Shown: positions 16,838 to 26,784, numbered from the stretch's first letter. The stretch is DNA of 64,000 nucleotides from a bacterium (GCA_010029825.1 RGVZ01000002.1:1174-65173); one strand, 5' to 3'. Notes: a model not told the origin generated them from the sequence alone. Program-made: numbers and translations.

Positions 16838-19742
16838 TTACAGGGCGTTGTTCGCCGAATTGTTGGCCGGGGCCTCCCCGGCCTTTGTGTTGCCAGAGTC
16901 CTCGATCTCGTTGATGGCCTCGTTCAACGCATTCTTGGAGGATCCATCGCCATCATTGGTCGCGTTATTCCCGGACGCGTTGTTGGCAGCGGACGCGGGC
17001 GCCAGGTTCGCCATCTCGCTCGCGCCGGTCGAGGGTTCCTCGACATCCTCGGCGCGGAATTCTGAAGTGGCGCCGGACGTGTCAAGCTTGTCCGGACTGG
17101 CGCTGCTTGCCGCACCGGAGTCCTCGTCGAACGCCGCGCTGCCATTATCACCTGTTGACTGAGCGACGTTCATGATCGTAGGCGTCACCATCACGAGCAA
17201 CTCACGGTTGCTCTGCTTCTTGTCGCTGCTGCGGAATAGCGCGCCAAGGATCGGGATCCGGGACAAAATGGGGATCCCCTCCCATCCCGTGGAGCGCTCG
17301 CGGGTATTCAAGCCGCCGATGACAGCGGTCTCGCCGCTGCGTCGCAGCAAGACAGTGTTGATCGAACGCGTGACTCGCCCGAGGGCGTTGGGAGCTGCGC
17401 TCGACGATGCCGTCGGTGACGAGCTGGAAATGTTCATCGTCATGCGTACTGCGCCATCGGCTGTCACCGTTGGAGTCACGGCGACTGTGAGGTTGTAGTC
17501 AACAGACAAGACCTGGGGAGCCGTCCCAGGCGCAGAGGAACCAAGGACAAAAATGTCGGACTGCCCACCGGTGATGTTCGCCGACTGGTTGTTCTGCACA
17601 ATCACGGAATTTGTCTGCAAGGTTTCCGATAATTTCTCGCTCTCGGTCATTCGCAAGTGCAGGTCAAGGTTGAAGGAATTGTTGATGCTGCCGAAAATGA
17701 AGTTCATTGACCCGATGCCCGAGCCAGTGCCGCCCGCCTGAACCGCGAAATCAGAACGCATGAAGTTCGGAAAGGGCAGACTGCCGAATCCGAGACCGCG
17801 GCTCTGGTCGTAAAAGAACGGCGCGCCCCAGCTGATCCCGAACGTCTTGCTGAAGTTCTTGACAACTTCCACGACCCGGGACTCGATCTTGACTTGAGGC
17901 GTCTGCAGGTCAATCCGCTCGACGAGGGCCTTGACTCTGGCCAACTCACGCGCCGGGGCCTCGACGATGAGGGAGTTGGTGCGTTGCTCCGCGCGGATCT
18001 GGATCCGCGGATCCTTGCTGCGCGCGTTGGCCAGCATCTCATTAACGAGAGCAACGGCCTCCGTGGCCTGCGCGTAGGACAGGCGCAGGAACATGATGCG
18101 AGTCGGCTCGAGGCGCTGGGATGCGATCCTCGCGGCTTCAATCTGCTCTTTCTCGCGCGCGATGTTGGCCAACAGATCGACGCGGTATAGATTGTCCGCA
18201 ATGCGGACCAGGCCGAGACTGTTCAAGTCCAGAATCGATTTGAAAGCGACGTCCCAGGGGATGTCGTTCAATTGGACGGTCACCGGAGTCGCCGCGATCG
18301 CCCCTGAATAAACAAAATTGACACCGCTCTTGTCCGTGATCGCCTTGATGACTTCGGAAAGGGGCGCGCCGCGGAAATCAAGGTTGATCTTGCGAACATT
18401 GCTGCTGGAAGGCTTGTTCGCTTGATCCTGGCCCGTCAGTTCCTTTCCGGCCGCCGACGCAATCGCCGCGATATTGGCCTGGTTCTGCAATGCTTCGGTT
18501 GGTGCGGACACGTCCGCGGACCGCTTTGACACGGTCGCATTGGCTACGGCCGGGGGCGGGGCGGGAAGCGTCGCGTTCGTCGTGCCAGGGGCGTCGTTCA
18601 ACCCGAGGGAATTCAATCCTCCCATGTCATCCTGACCGACCGTCCACGCGGAACCGGCAGGACTGAGGATGACTGATCCTTGCGGTGGAATCGCGGGCGC
18701 GGCTGGCGCGGAAACGGGTTCCTTGTCCGGCGCGCTGACCCCGGCGTGATTGGAGTCATTGGCGTCGAGGACGTCCGGCCTTCTACTGGCGGGATCAAAA
18801 ACGGGGAACAAGTTGGCTTTCGAAAGGGGCTCGGCAACCTCCGCTGGCGCCGCACTGGCGACATTGCCTTTGCGTCGGATGCCGTACCAGTGGTCGGGGA
18901 TCCGGTACGTCAGGGTCAGCCCGCCTTCCTTGGCCAACATTTGGGGTTGCACGGCTTCACGAAGGGTCAGGATGACGTCAACACTGCCGGCCGAAGGGTT
19001 TGAACGTGTCCGGATGAAACTGACCGGAGAGCGAAATTCGCTGGCATCCACCGGGCGACGTATCGGACGACGGACCTTGGTGGCGAACAGGCGAACGACG
19101 AGCTCGGGTTGACCGGACTTGTTGATTTCCTGGAATACGTTGTAATGAGGATTTCCCTTGGTCTTCATTTCAACATGCAAAAGGCCTTCACCAGCGCGGT
19201 AGTTGTATCCCAGCCACGACAGGGTCGACGCTGCGTGAGTCGCGGGAGCTTGAGCCCTTTCCACAGACGTCACCGGAACCGGGGGCATTTCCACCGGAGA
19301 TGTTTTCACGGGCCACTTCTGCCACTTCTGCCACTTCCACCTGCGCTGCCGCGTCTGGCTGCGCCGGGGTTTCTGACGGTTGCTGGTCCTCGCCAACAAG
19401 GGCTGCCAAAGCCTGCTCGTCCTCAGGAGACACATTCGCCCCATTGTCTGCCTGGGTCTCAGCCTGCGACAGAGCGTTTGATTCACCTGCGGACTCAAGA
19501 ACAGAGTCGGGAACTTCCTCCTCCGCGGAGGCTGCAGCATCAGCGGTCGCCGGCGCAGCATCCTGCCCACCGGACTGGTACTGGCTCCGCACGACCTCCT
19601 CGGCATTCCCGGACGAGCCATCGTCAACGATGTCGTCATCGGAGACACTATCGCTCCCTGCGCCGGAAGTGACGCAAGATGCCGTCATCCACGCGAAAAG
19701 CGCGAGGCTCGTGACATCCCATGGGAAAACTCCCCGTATCAT
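16838..19742 (-). CDS. pilQ: Type IV pilus secretin PilQ, apparently interrupted by a +1 frameshift
   Basis: ORF 16838..19648 contains an AMIN domain (LLHVEMKTKGNPHYNVFQEI...VVRLFATKV), secretin N domains (INLDFRGAPLSEVIKAITDKSGVNFVY) and the secretin core (GETAVIGGL...IPILSRIPILGALFRS...ELLVMVTPTIM). The only plausible signal peptide (MIRGVFPWDVTSLALFAWMTASC, ATG 19742) lies in the other frame (ORF 19188..20024). The two frames overlap at 19188-19648. Confidence 0.85.
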
Positions 19743-19773
19743 CAAACTCACGTCGCGAAACCAAATCCAGCCT

Positions 19774-20670
19774 TCAGAAATTGAAAACCGGCTTGTCTGC
19801 TTGTCGTTGTGGCTGCGTCGGGGCCGGAGTTGCGGCAGCTGTGGCAGCAGGAACACCTGGTTGGCTGGCCGTCGCGCCCGCAGCCGTCGCGCCCGTCGCT
19901 GGTGCCGCCGCGGCAGCGGCACCTTGCAACGCCGGCAACAAATTTGCCGGGGTCTGGTTTGCCGGTGCCGGCCCGACCGCGGTGCTGGCCCCGGCTGGAA
20001 GCTGGACGTCCGGCTTCGAGGCACCCGGAGCGATCACGATCGCGCCGCCCGTTGCCCCATGCTGGACCGATGGAGTCTTGGCATCAAACACAAGTCGCAC
20101 ATCCGAGAATTGGCGAGTGCCGTCATTCGCGATGAGAAACTCGCGAACGACCACTGAAACCTCGTCAATGGCAACAACCTTTCCGCCGCCATTGCCCGCA
20201 AGGTCGCCAACGCGAACGATGATGCCCTCCATGCCGGGAGTCATGAGCAGCGCTTTGCGCTCACCGGGAGAGCGGGCCCAGACACCCACAAGTTTCAGGG
20301 CACTCAACGGGTGTCGCTGCAATGGGGAGACAATTGGAATTTCGACCGCGTCCGGAACAATCGACTTGACTGTCACGGGAGGTTGGAATGGATCGGCTTT
20401 TCCGAAGCCAGCGTAATGATAATCCGCGGATGGTTCCACGATATCCTCAACGCGCGCGTCTGATGGCAGTTCACGGGCGGGCGCGCCAAATTCAGCCTCT
20501 CCAGACGCGTCTGGCCTCTTCGTGGATTCGTTCCCTGTTTCCATCTGCGGCTGGTCAAATACCGCCTCGTCCGCGGATTTTTTACCCGCGGCCAGAACCG
20601 GCGCTTGCACTGCGAGGAGCAGCCCCACAAGCGCAACAAAGTTAACGATGAGAGGAGAAACCGTCTTCAC
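19774..20670 (-). CDS. pilP: Type IV pilus assembly protein PilP with a long Ala/Pro/Thr-rich C-terminal tail
   Basis: The GTG start overlaps the pilO stop (GTGA). It has a signal peptide and a PilP core (ADPFQPP...LSALKLVGVW...ALLMTPGMEGIIVRVGDLAG...KVVAIDEVSVVV). Confidence 0.8.
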   Translation of the reverse strand: MKTVSPLIVNFVALVGLLLAVQAPVLAAGKKSADEAVFDQPQMETGNESTKRPDASGEAEFGAPARELPSDARVEDIVEPSADYHYAGFGKADPFQPPVTVKSIVPDAVEIPIVSPLQRHPLSALKLVGVWARSPGERKALLMTPGMEGIIVRVGDLAGNGGGKVVAIDEVSVVVREFLIANDGTRQFSDVRLVFDAKTPSVQHGATGGAIVIAPGASKPDVQLPAGASTAVGPAPANQTPANLLPALQGAAAAAAPATGATAAGATASQPGVPAATAAATPAPTQPQRQADKPVFNF

Positions 20671-21353
20671 TCGCCACCACCACCGCCGGCCCCACCACCC
20701 TTGGCCTTTTTGGCCTTCGGAGCGGGTGCCTCTTTTGCCGGCGCTTGACCGTTGTCCGTTGACCGGAACAGAACCATGGTGACCTTGGCCTCAAGATCCC
20801 TTGCCCCCGTACCACCTTCCCCGCGCCCGCCACCTGCCGCGCCCGGGATGAAAGCCAGGCCACGCAACCGGATATTGCCTGCCAGGTGCACAATCCTGTC
20901 GTAGAACGCCATGATGTTGGAGAAGCTCCCGCGCAACATCAAAGCCACTGGAATCTCCGCGTAGCGGTAGTCCCCGTTAACTGCCAACTCCGACGCGGGG
21001 CTGAAGTCATTCAGGGAAATCCGCGTTTCCCGCGCGATGGTCGCGGTTTTCTGGAGGATATCCTCCATCGCGATCTTCTCCGGGAGGAGGGCTTTGGCCT
21101 TGGTCAGCTGGTCCTGGACGAACTTGAACTCGACCTCAAGTTTCGGCAGGTCATTCTGCTCTTTCCTCGTTTTCTCGTATTTGCCACGAGCCTCGTTTTC
21201 CTCTCGAACCACAGACTCAAGTTGACTTTCAAGAGGGGGAACATCGCTCCACCACATGAACAGGGGATAGGCCATCCCTGCCACCGCAACCGCCAGCATC
21301 CGGTTGCGACGGGGCCATGCCTTGTACCTGGCGATCAGGTCGCGCGCGTCCAC
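20667..21353 (-). CDS. pilO: Type IV pilus assembly protein PilO
   Basis: 228-aa ORF with a single TM helix (MLAVAVAGMAYPLFMWW), a coiled-coil and a PilO-like core (YRYAEIPVALMLRGSFSNIMAFYDRI). Its position between pilN and pilP supports the call. Confidence 0.82.
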   Translation of the reverse strand: MDARDLIARYKAWPRRNRMLAVAVAGMAYPLFMWWSDVPPLESQLESVVREENEARGKYEKTRKEQNDLPKLEVEFKFVQDQLTKAKALLPEKIAMEDILQKTATIARETRISLNDFSPASELAVNGDYRYAEIPVALMLRGSFSNIMAFYDRIVHLAGNIRLRGLAFIPGAAGGGRGEGGTGARDLEAKVTMVLFRSTDNGQAPAKEAPAPKAKKAKGGGAGGGGGE

Positions 21354-22039
21354 AGCGGCCTCCTGAAAATCCTGACGCTGGCTTGTTTGTTGCCAGCCGG
21401 CGGAGCCGGAGGCGTCCTCTCACCGATCGACAGGGTCAACTTGAAGCGGACAACGGATTCCTCTGGCGCTTTTGCCTCGACCTGGCCGCTGGCCTGGGCC
21501 CTCTCCACCACAGCCGTTGTCCCCGAGAGGGTTACGTCACTGAAGTATACCTGGGTCCTGAGATCCGCAGGGTCAATGTCCTGAAACTGCGTTGACTTGA
21601 GCGCGGTGATGAACTCAGCCACCAAAATGTTGTCTGTCGCCATGGCCTCGAGCTCGATCCTCGCGTCTTCCACGGTCAACGACATCAACCAGACTGCCTC
21701 TGGCTTCAGGTTTTGCAGATGCTCAATGGCAATCAACGGTCGATACTTCGCAAGCCTCGAGTCCGTGATGGCATTGAGCGCCCGCAACTTCACCATCAAG
21801 GACTCCTTGTCCTTGCCTAGGTTCTTGAATCGCTCAAGGCCGGGCTGCAGCTTGGTCGTCTTCTCAGTCAGCTCGTTGCGATTGGAAACGGACTGGGCAA
21901 TGCTGTCCTTCAGGGCCTCCATCTTGCCATCAACAACAAGGTAGATGGCGAGCCCGGCAAGCAAGAAGCACAACAGCTCCGGCAAGAACCACAACTGGCT
22001 CTCGAGTTCCTCTTTCGGGACAAGATTGACGCGAATCAT
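21335..22039 (-). CDS. pilN: Type IV pilus assembly protein PilN
   Basis: It has an N-terminal INLLP-type motif (MIRVNLVPKEE), a single TM helix and a coiled-coil. The ATG overlaps the pilM stop (ATGA). Confidence 0.85.
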   Translation of the reverse strand: MIRVNLVPKEELESQLWFLPELLCFLLAGLAIYLVVDGKMEALKDSIAQSVSNRNELTEKTTKLQPGLERFKNLGKDKESLMVKLRALNAITDSRLAKYRPLIAIEHLQNLKPEAVWLMSLTVEDARIELEAMATDNILVAEFITALKSTQFQDIDPADLRTQVYFSDVTLSGTTAVVERAQASGQVEAKAPEESVVRFKLTLSIGERTPPAPPAGNKQASVRIFRRPLWTRAT

Positions 22040-23109
22040 GCCCTGTCTCCCAGGCTGCGCAGGCCAAGCCCGACGGCAACGCCGTATTTGTGGGCCTCAA
22101 GCGCCATTTCCTCCGGCGGGTATTTCCTGTGATTGACCTGGACGTTCTGGAACGGGTTCAGGACGGTCACCGGAACTTGCAACGAAGCGGCCAGCGCGGC
22201 CTCGAAGCCAAGCACGCGACACGCGCCTCCGGCGAGGAACGCGTTTGTGAATGGAATACCGGGTACAGCGTTGTCACTCCCCTGCAAGTAATACGCGATC
22301 GTCGTCTGGACCTCGGACACCAGCTGGTCGTTGACCTCGGCGATCGCCTTCGAGATCACGTCGGTCGGATCCTGCTGGAAGTTGCTGACGGCGATTTTCG
22401 CGGTTTCGGCAGCGTCCGGCTCCATCTTCGTCGCTTCCACGATCTTCTTGGTGAACTCGTTGCCGCCAATCGCGATCTCGCGCGTGTAAAGATACTCCCC
22501 GCGCCAGACGAGAGTCACCTGCGTGAACGAGGCGCCGACATTGATCAAGGCCATGATCGTCTCGGCAGATCCGTAGTTGTGCTCGAACATGTTCACCATC
22601 GCGAAAACGTCTGTCTCGACAACGCCTATCTTCATCTTGTTGCCGTGGACGATCTCCATGAGCCCATCGATGGCCTCCCGTTTCGCGCCGACAAGGATGA
22701 CGTTGGTCTCACCCCGCTCATTCGACGAACCGAGGTTGTAGAAATCAAACTCAAGGTCACTCATGCTGGTCTGGAAATGCTGTTCAGCGGCGTAATAGGC
22801 CTGCTCGGCAAGATCCTTGTCCTTGTCGGGCGCCAGCGCGACCCGCTTGATGATCACGGCATTGCCGCTCAAGGTGACGCAAACGCGCCTTCCCCAGGGA
22901 AGAAATCGATTGGCCTTGAAATAGGCCCGTAACTGTTCCTGCGCCGCTCCAGGGTCTTTGATAACGCCGTTCTCGACGACCCCTGATGGCAGCGCGATAT
23001 GCGCCATCACCCGGACCTTCTTCTGTCGCCCACCCCCAAGCTCCATAAGCTTGATACTGGACGATCCAATGTCCAGAGCCAGGAGCGATCGACTGAACAG
23101 CTCGACCAT
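22036..23109 (-). CDS. pilM: Type IV pilus assembly ATPase-fold protein PilM
   Basis: 357-aa ORF with actin/HSP70-like phosphate motifs (LALDIGSSSIKLMEL; ALINVGASFTQV). It is the first gene of the pilMNOPQ string. Confidence 0.92.
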   Translation of the reverse strand: MVELFSRSLLALDIGSSSIKLMELGGGRQKKVRVMAHIALPSGVVENGVIKDPGAAQEQLRAYFKANRFLPWGRRVCVTLSGNAVIIKRVALAPDKDKDLAEQAYYAAEQHFQTSMSDLEFDFYNLGSSNERGETNVILVGAKREAIDGLMEIVHGNKMKIGVVETDVFAMVNMFEHNYGSAETIMALINVGASFTQVTLVWRGEYLYTREIAIGGNEFTKKIVEATKMEPDAAETAKIAVSNFQQDPTDVISKAIAEVNDQLVSEVQTTIAYYLQGSDNAVPGIPFTNAFLAGGACRVLGFEAALAASLQVPVTVLNPFQNVQVNHRKYPPEEMALEAHKYGVAVGLGLRSLGDRA

Positions 23110-23214
23110 CTTGATCCCGCCGGGTTAAAGGTGTTGTGACTGTGGATATTTTTTCACGCCCGGAGATGGCGGTCAAACTCGCGCAGGATGCGCTTTTCGA
23201 GGAATTTTCAGCGG

Positions 23215-23586
23215 TTATTTTTGCCGCTTTTTCAAAAAGGCGTCGAGCTCGCTTGCGAGATCGCGGACTTGGGACTTCGGCTCATCCCCGGCCGGGGCCG
23301 CGCCACCACCAAAAAGCGCCTCGAGTTTGCTCCGGGCCGCGTCCACTTTCGCGTCCGGCGCCTGACTGTCCCTGGCCTCGAAAAAGCCGCAAAAATTCCC
23401 GCGATCTTTCTCCTTGACCCATTCCGCCTGTTCTTCACGGCAACTGCGATATGCCGACAGGTCAAAGAACCGGCAGTTCTTGCAGACGCGGGCATCATTG
23501 GCGCATTTCGGGCAACAGTCGCGCCGGCCCATCGGAGGCTCAAAGGTCCAAACGTGTTTGCAATGGTGGCAGGAAATCGTCTTCAT
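23215..23586 (-). CDS. Small CxxC-rich (zinc-ribbon-like) protein
   Basis: 123-aa ORF with three CxxC pairs in the first 40 aa (CHHC, CPKC, CKNC) plus further Cys, and an acidic/Ala-rich tail. It lies directly upstream of pilM on the same strand. Confidence 0.6.
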   Translation of the reverse strand: MKTISCHHCKHVWTFEPPMGRRDCCPKCANDARVCKNCRFFDLSAYRSCREEQAEWVKEKDRGNFCGFFEARDSQAPDAKVDAARSKLEALFGGGAAPAGDEPKSQVRDLASELDAFLKKRQK

Positions 23587-23615
23587 GGACCCAATTTATA
23601 ACGGTTAACCTGCAC

Positions 23616-23644
23616 TTTACAAATGGTGCTTGAAAGCCATAATA
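23616..23644 (+). promoter_or_regulatory. Candidate sigma70-type promoter for the CBS/CysK-like gene
   Basis: TTTACA (23616-23621), 17 nt, ATAATA (23639-23644), about 75 nt upstream of GTG 23719. This is a sequence match only. Confidence 0.3.
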
Positions 23645-23669
23645 GAGAGTCATATCCGGAGTGATTTCC

Positions 23670-23695
23670 AAGGTTTGTCCATAAGGTTTGTCCAT
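23670..23695 (+). repeat. Perfect tandem 13-nt direct repeat in the leader of the CBS/CysK-like gene
   Basis: AAGGTTTGTCCAT occurs twice with no spacer (23670-23682 and 23683-23695). The pair sits between the promoter-like hexamers and the SD (AGAGGTG). Confidence 0.9.
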
Positions 23696-23718
23696 CAGGA
23701 CCCGCGCAGAGGTGCACC

Positions 23719-24669
23719 GTGAAGTTCAATTCCATCCTTGAGACCATCGGCAGGACTCCCCTGGTCCGCCTGAACCGCGTCGCCAGCCACCTGCCCTGCA
23801 CCATGTGGGCGAAGTGCGAATTCATGAACCCGGGGGGCTCCATCAAGGACAGGATCGGCTACAACATGGTCCTCGAAGCCGAGAAGTCGGGCCGGATCAA
23901 AAAGGGGGACACCCTGATTGAGCCGACCAGCGGCAATACTGGTATTGGCCTTGCCCTCGCGGGCGCAGTCCGCGGATACCGCGTCATCATCACCATGCCG
24001 GAAAAAATGAGTCGCGAAAAACAGGTTGTCCTTGAGGCACTCGGAGCGGAGATCATCCGGACACCGACCGAGGCGGCATGGGACTCTCCTGAAAGCCACA
24101 TTGGGGTCGCGAAAAAACTGCAGCGGGAAATTCCAGACTCGCACATCCTGGACCAGTACGCCAACCCGGCGAATCCTGACGCACACTACAAATACACGGG
24201 CCAGGAAATCCTGGACGACCTGGATGGCAAAGTTGACATGGTCGTCATCAGCGCGGGCACAGGCGGAACCATCACCGGCGTCGCGCGCAAGATCAAGGAA
24301 CACAATCCCGACTGCATCATTGTTGGCGCCGATCCCGTCGGGTCCATCCTGGCAGGCGGTGATTACGTCGCTTCGTATAAAGTCGAGGGCATTGGCTACG
24401 ACTTCATTCCTGACGTGTTGGACCGGTCTCTGGTTGATATCTGGGTGAAGACCAACGACAAAGACAGCTTCACCAATGCCCGCCGCCTGATCCGCGAAGA
24501 GGGCCTCCTCTGCGGCGGATCCTGCGGAGCGACGTTGGCCGCCGCTCTCGAAGCCGCCCCAAAATTAAAAGCAGGACAAAACTGCGTTGTCCTGCTTTCT
24601 GATGGGGTGCGCAACTACATGACCAAGTTCATCGAAGACCGCTGGATGCGCGAAAACCACTTTATTTGA
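23719..24669 (+). CDS. PLP-dependent cystathionine beta-synthase / cysteine synthase family enzyme (catalytic core only)
   Basis: 316-aa ORF with a GTG start following an AGAGGTG SD-like sequence. Motifs are NPGGSIKDR (PLP Lys), EPTSGNTG and [10 protein letters not shown]. Overall it resembles the CBS catalytic core without Bateman (CBS) domains. Confidence 0.9.
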   Translation: MKFNSILETIGRTPLVRLNRVASHLPCTMWAKCEFMNPGGSIKDRIGYNMVLEAEKSGRIKKGDTLIEPTSGNTGIGLALAGAVRGYRVIITMPEKMSREKQVVLEALGAEIIRTPTEAAWDSPESHIGVAKKLQREIPDSHILDQYANPANPDAHYKYTGQEILDDLDGKVDMVVISAGTGGTITGVARKIKEHNPDCIIVGADPVGSILAGGDYVASYKVEGIGYDFIPDVLDRSLVDIWVKTNDKDSFTNARRLIREEGLLCGGSCGATLAAALEAAPKLKAGQNCVVLLSDGVRNYMTKFIEDRWMRENHFI

Positions 24670-25666
24670 GCGACTTCTCGATCATGGCGCTCATGTCGGA
24701 TTCAGTGTGCGCGACCAGTTGACGCTTGCCATTGACGTAGATCGCGGGTGTGCCACTGACGCCAAGGCGTTCTGCCTCGCCCTTGCTTTTCGCGACCAGA
24801 GCCGCGGCCTTTCCTGATGTCATGCACGCGCCGAAGGCTTTCTCGTCGAGTTTCAGCTCTTTGGCCAAAGTGGCCGGGGAGTCCTTGTTCAACGACGACT
24901 GCTTGCTGAAAGCCAGGTCGTGATATTCCCAGAATTTGTTCTGCTCCGAGGCGCACGCAGCGCCTTCCGCGACCGCCTTGGAAATGCCCGACGGGTTGAT
25001 CGGGAAATCCATGTAAACAAACTGGATCTTGTCCTTGTAACGCGGCAGAAGCTTCTTCATGACCTCGGCGGCCTGGCGGCAATGCGGGCACTGGTAGTCC
25101 GCGAACTCAACAATCTTGACCTTGGACTTGGGATTACCAGCCACCGGGTATCCAAGCGTGTCGATCTGTAACACGGGCGCGGACGGCTCCGACAGGGCCA
25201 GGGAAAACTTGCCTTCCTTCTTCAGCTTGTTGACCAGTTCCTGGCGTTTGCCCTGCGTCTGTTCGGCTGTAATCAACCGTTTGATCTCGCCCTTGATCTG
25301 GTCAAACGGGTACGGAATCCGGTCCTTGTTCTTGTCAAACCAGGATTTCGCGTCAGAATCCGAGGGTTCCTTGACCTTGATCAGATCCTTCTCGACGTCT
25401 TGCGGGGACTTGTTCTTCGACTTGGCAAGCTCCGCGATGTGCATGTCAAAGATCGCGCCGTCCACAACGCGCTTCAGTTTCTCGACCCGGTCCGCCTCGA
25501 CCTCGTAGGCTGCCTGCTGGGAACCCGGGCTCAAGTCGGACGCTTTCCAGGTTTTTCCCTTGTAATTGAAAAGGGCGTCGTCTCCAGCCCCCCACGCCGT
25601 TGAAAAGGAAGCCATCAACGCGACGCACAGACCGGCACTCATGCCGGCAAAGCGAGAAGTTCTCAT
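24662..25666 (-). CDS. DsbA-family thiol:disulfide oxidoreductase with an N-terminal chaperone-like extension
   Basis: It has the thioredoxin-fold motif [15 protein letters not shown] 25666 follows a GGAG SD and gives a signal peptide ([26 protein letters not shown]). The ORF opens at TTG 25684. Confidence 0.85.
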   Translation of the reverse strand: MRTSRFAGMSAGLCVALMASFSTAWGAGDDALFNYKGKTWKASDLSPGSQQAAYEVEADRVEKLKRVVDGAIFDMHIAELAKSKNKSPQDVEKDLIKVKEPSDSDAKSWFDKNKDRIPYPFDQIKGEIKRLITAEQTQGKRQELVNKLKKEGKFSLALSEPSAPVLQIDTLGYPVAGNPKSKVKIVEFADYQCPHCRQAAEVMKKLLPRYKDKIQFVYMDFPINPSGISKAVAEGAACASEQNKFWEYHDLAFSKQSSLNKDSPATLAKELKLDEKAFGACMTSGKAAALVAKSKGEAERLGVSGTPAIYVNGKRQLVAHTESDMSAMIEKSLK

Positions 25667-25680
25667 CTGTATTGACTCCG

Positions 25681-26784
25681 TCAAAGATTAGGCGAAGATC
25701 CCATTCCCGTTGAGATGCTCGCAGAAGAGCGGCGGGAAGACAAGGTGGCAATTTCGGCTTCGCTGAAACGCATGGGCTTGATCTTGCGGCCCTCGAAAAC
25801 TTCACGCGTGATGTACCACTTCCCATCGGCGCCGCGCATCCAATAGAGCATCTTGCGACCGATCGATATGAAACGCTTGTCACCCCTGAAATCCTGGTTC
25901 ATCACGGACAGCGCGTATTTCGGATGCGTGATCACGCGCGTCGTGTCGAAATCAATCTTCATTTCCTTGTACGAGCCGAACACGGCGCGCTTGTACGCGT
26001 GCCATGCCTTGAGATTCTTGTCCGCGTTGACAAACTCGGGCGAGTAGAAAGACATGTAGCGTTCCAGGTCCCGGGCCTTCCACGCATCCGCCCATTCCAT
26101 GGTCCGGCGATGGACGGCCTGTTGCTCCTCGGCCTTGTTGACAGCGGCCGTGTCATGGGCAATCACGACCACCGCCTGGTCGGGGCGCAACCACGACGTC
26201 AGCGACTCGATGTCGGAATTGTAAAACGCGACGCAACCTTCGGTGACCTTGGCCTGGTCCACGCGCGTATCCTTTTCGACACCATGGAGCCATATGCCGT
26301 ATCCGGTCTTGCGTGAAAACTTGTCGATGGGATTCGGGAAGTCGATTGGAATCGCGAGAGGACCGTATTTTTGCGGCAAGGACTTGCCGTCAATCGGACT
26401 TGCCGTGAAATAGATTCCCTCGGGAGTCCGGTTGTCTCCCTCGCGTTCCTTGTCGCCATCTTCCTTGCCAATCGCGATGCGGAAAGTCTTCAGCAATTCG
26501 GAGGCTTTTCCGGCTTCGGGCAAGGTTTTCAGTTCGGCGGAGAGGCGTGACTTGTCGACGGTCAGGAGGATGAGATCTTCATGCGCGGGTTTGATCGCCG
26601 GTGTCTCGGCGCCAGCCTTGGGCGTACCAGCCGCAACCGGTTCGGCCTGCGCCTCCGCGTGCAACTGGACGCGCGGCGGATTGCTTGAATCCGTCACGAT
26701 GGATTCGGCGGAAACCCCAAGGCCAGTCAACAGGCCCATCGCCGCAATCGAAATCCCTGCCATGACAAGGCGCGTCGTCGCCAT
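25681..26784 (-). CDS. L,D-transpeptidase (YkuD) with a C-terminal SnoaL/NTF2-like domain
   Basis: The YkuD catalytic motif GIWLHG...KVTEGCVAF is present. The C-terminal ~120 aa (WADAWKARDLERYMSFYSPEF...KWYITREVF) look NTF2-like. ATG 26784 follows an AGGGGA SD and gives a signal peptide. Confidence 0.83.
   Translation of the reverse strand: MATTRLVMAGISIAAMGLLTGLGVSAESIVTDSSNPPRVQLHAEAQAEPVAAGTPKAGAETPAIKPAHEDLILLTVDKSRLSAELKTLPEAGKASELLKTFRIAIGKEDGDKEREGDNRTPEGIYFTASPIDGKSLPQKYGPLAIPIDFPNPIDKFSRKTGYGIWLHGVEKDTRVDQAKVTEGCVAFYNSDIESLTSWLRPDQAVVVIAHDTAAVNKAEEQQAVHRRTMEWADAWKARDLERYMSFYSPEFVNADKNLKAWHAYKRAVFGSYKEMKIDFDTTRVITHPKYALSVMNQDFRGDKRFISIGRKMLYWMRGADGKWYITREVFEGRKIKPMRFSEAEIATLSSRRSSASISTGMGSSPNL

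Noticed and set aside
19743-20024. Upstream part of ORF 19188..20024, overlapping the pilP 3' end
   Set aside because: The first 94 codons are Arg/Pro-rich out-of-frame sequence over the pilP tail. Only the part from ATG 19742 looks protein-like, and it is treated as the pilQ N-terminus.
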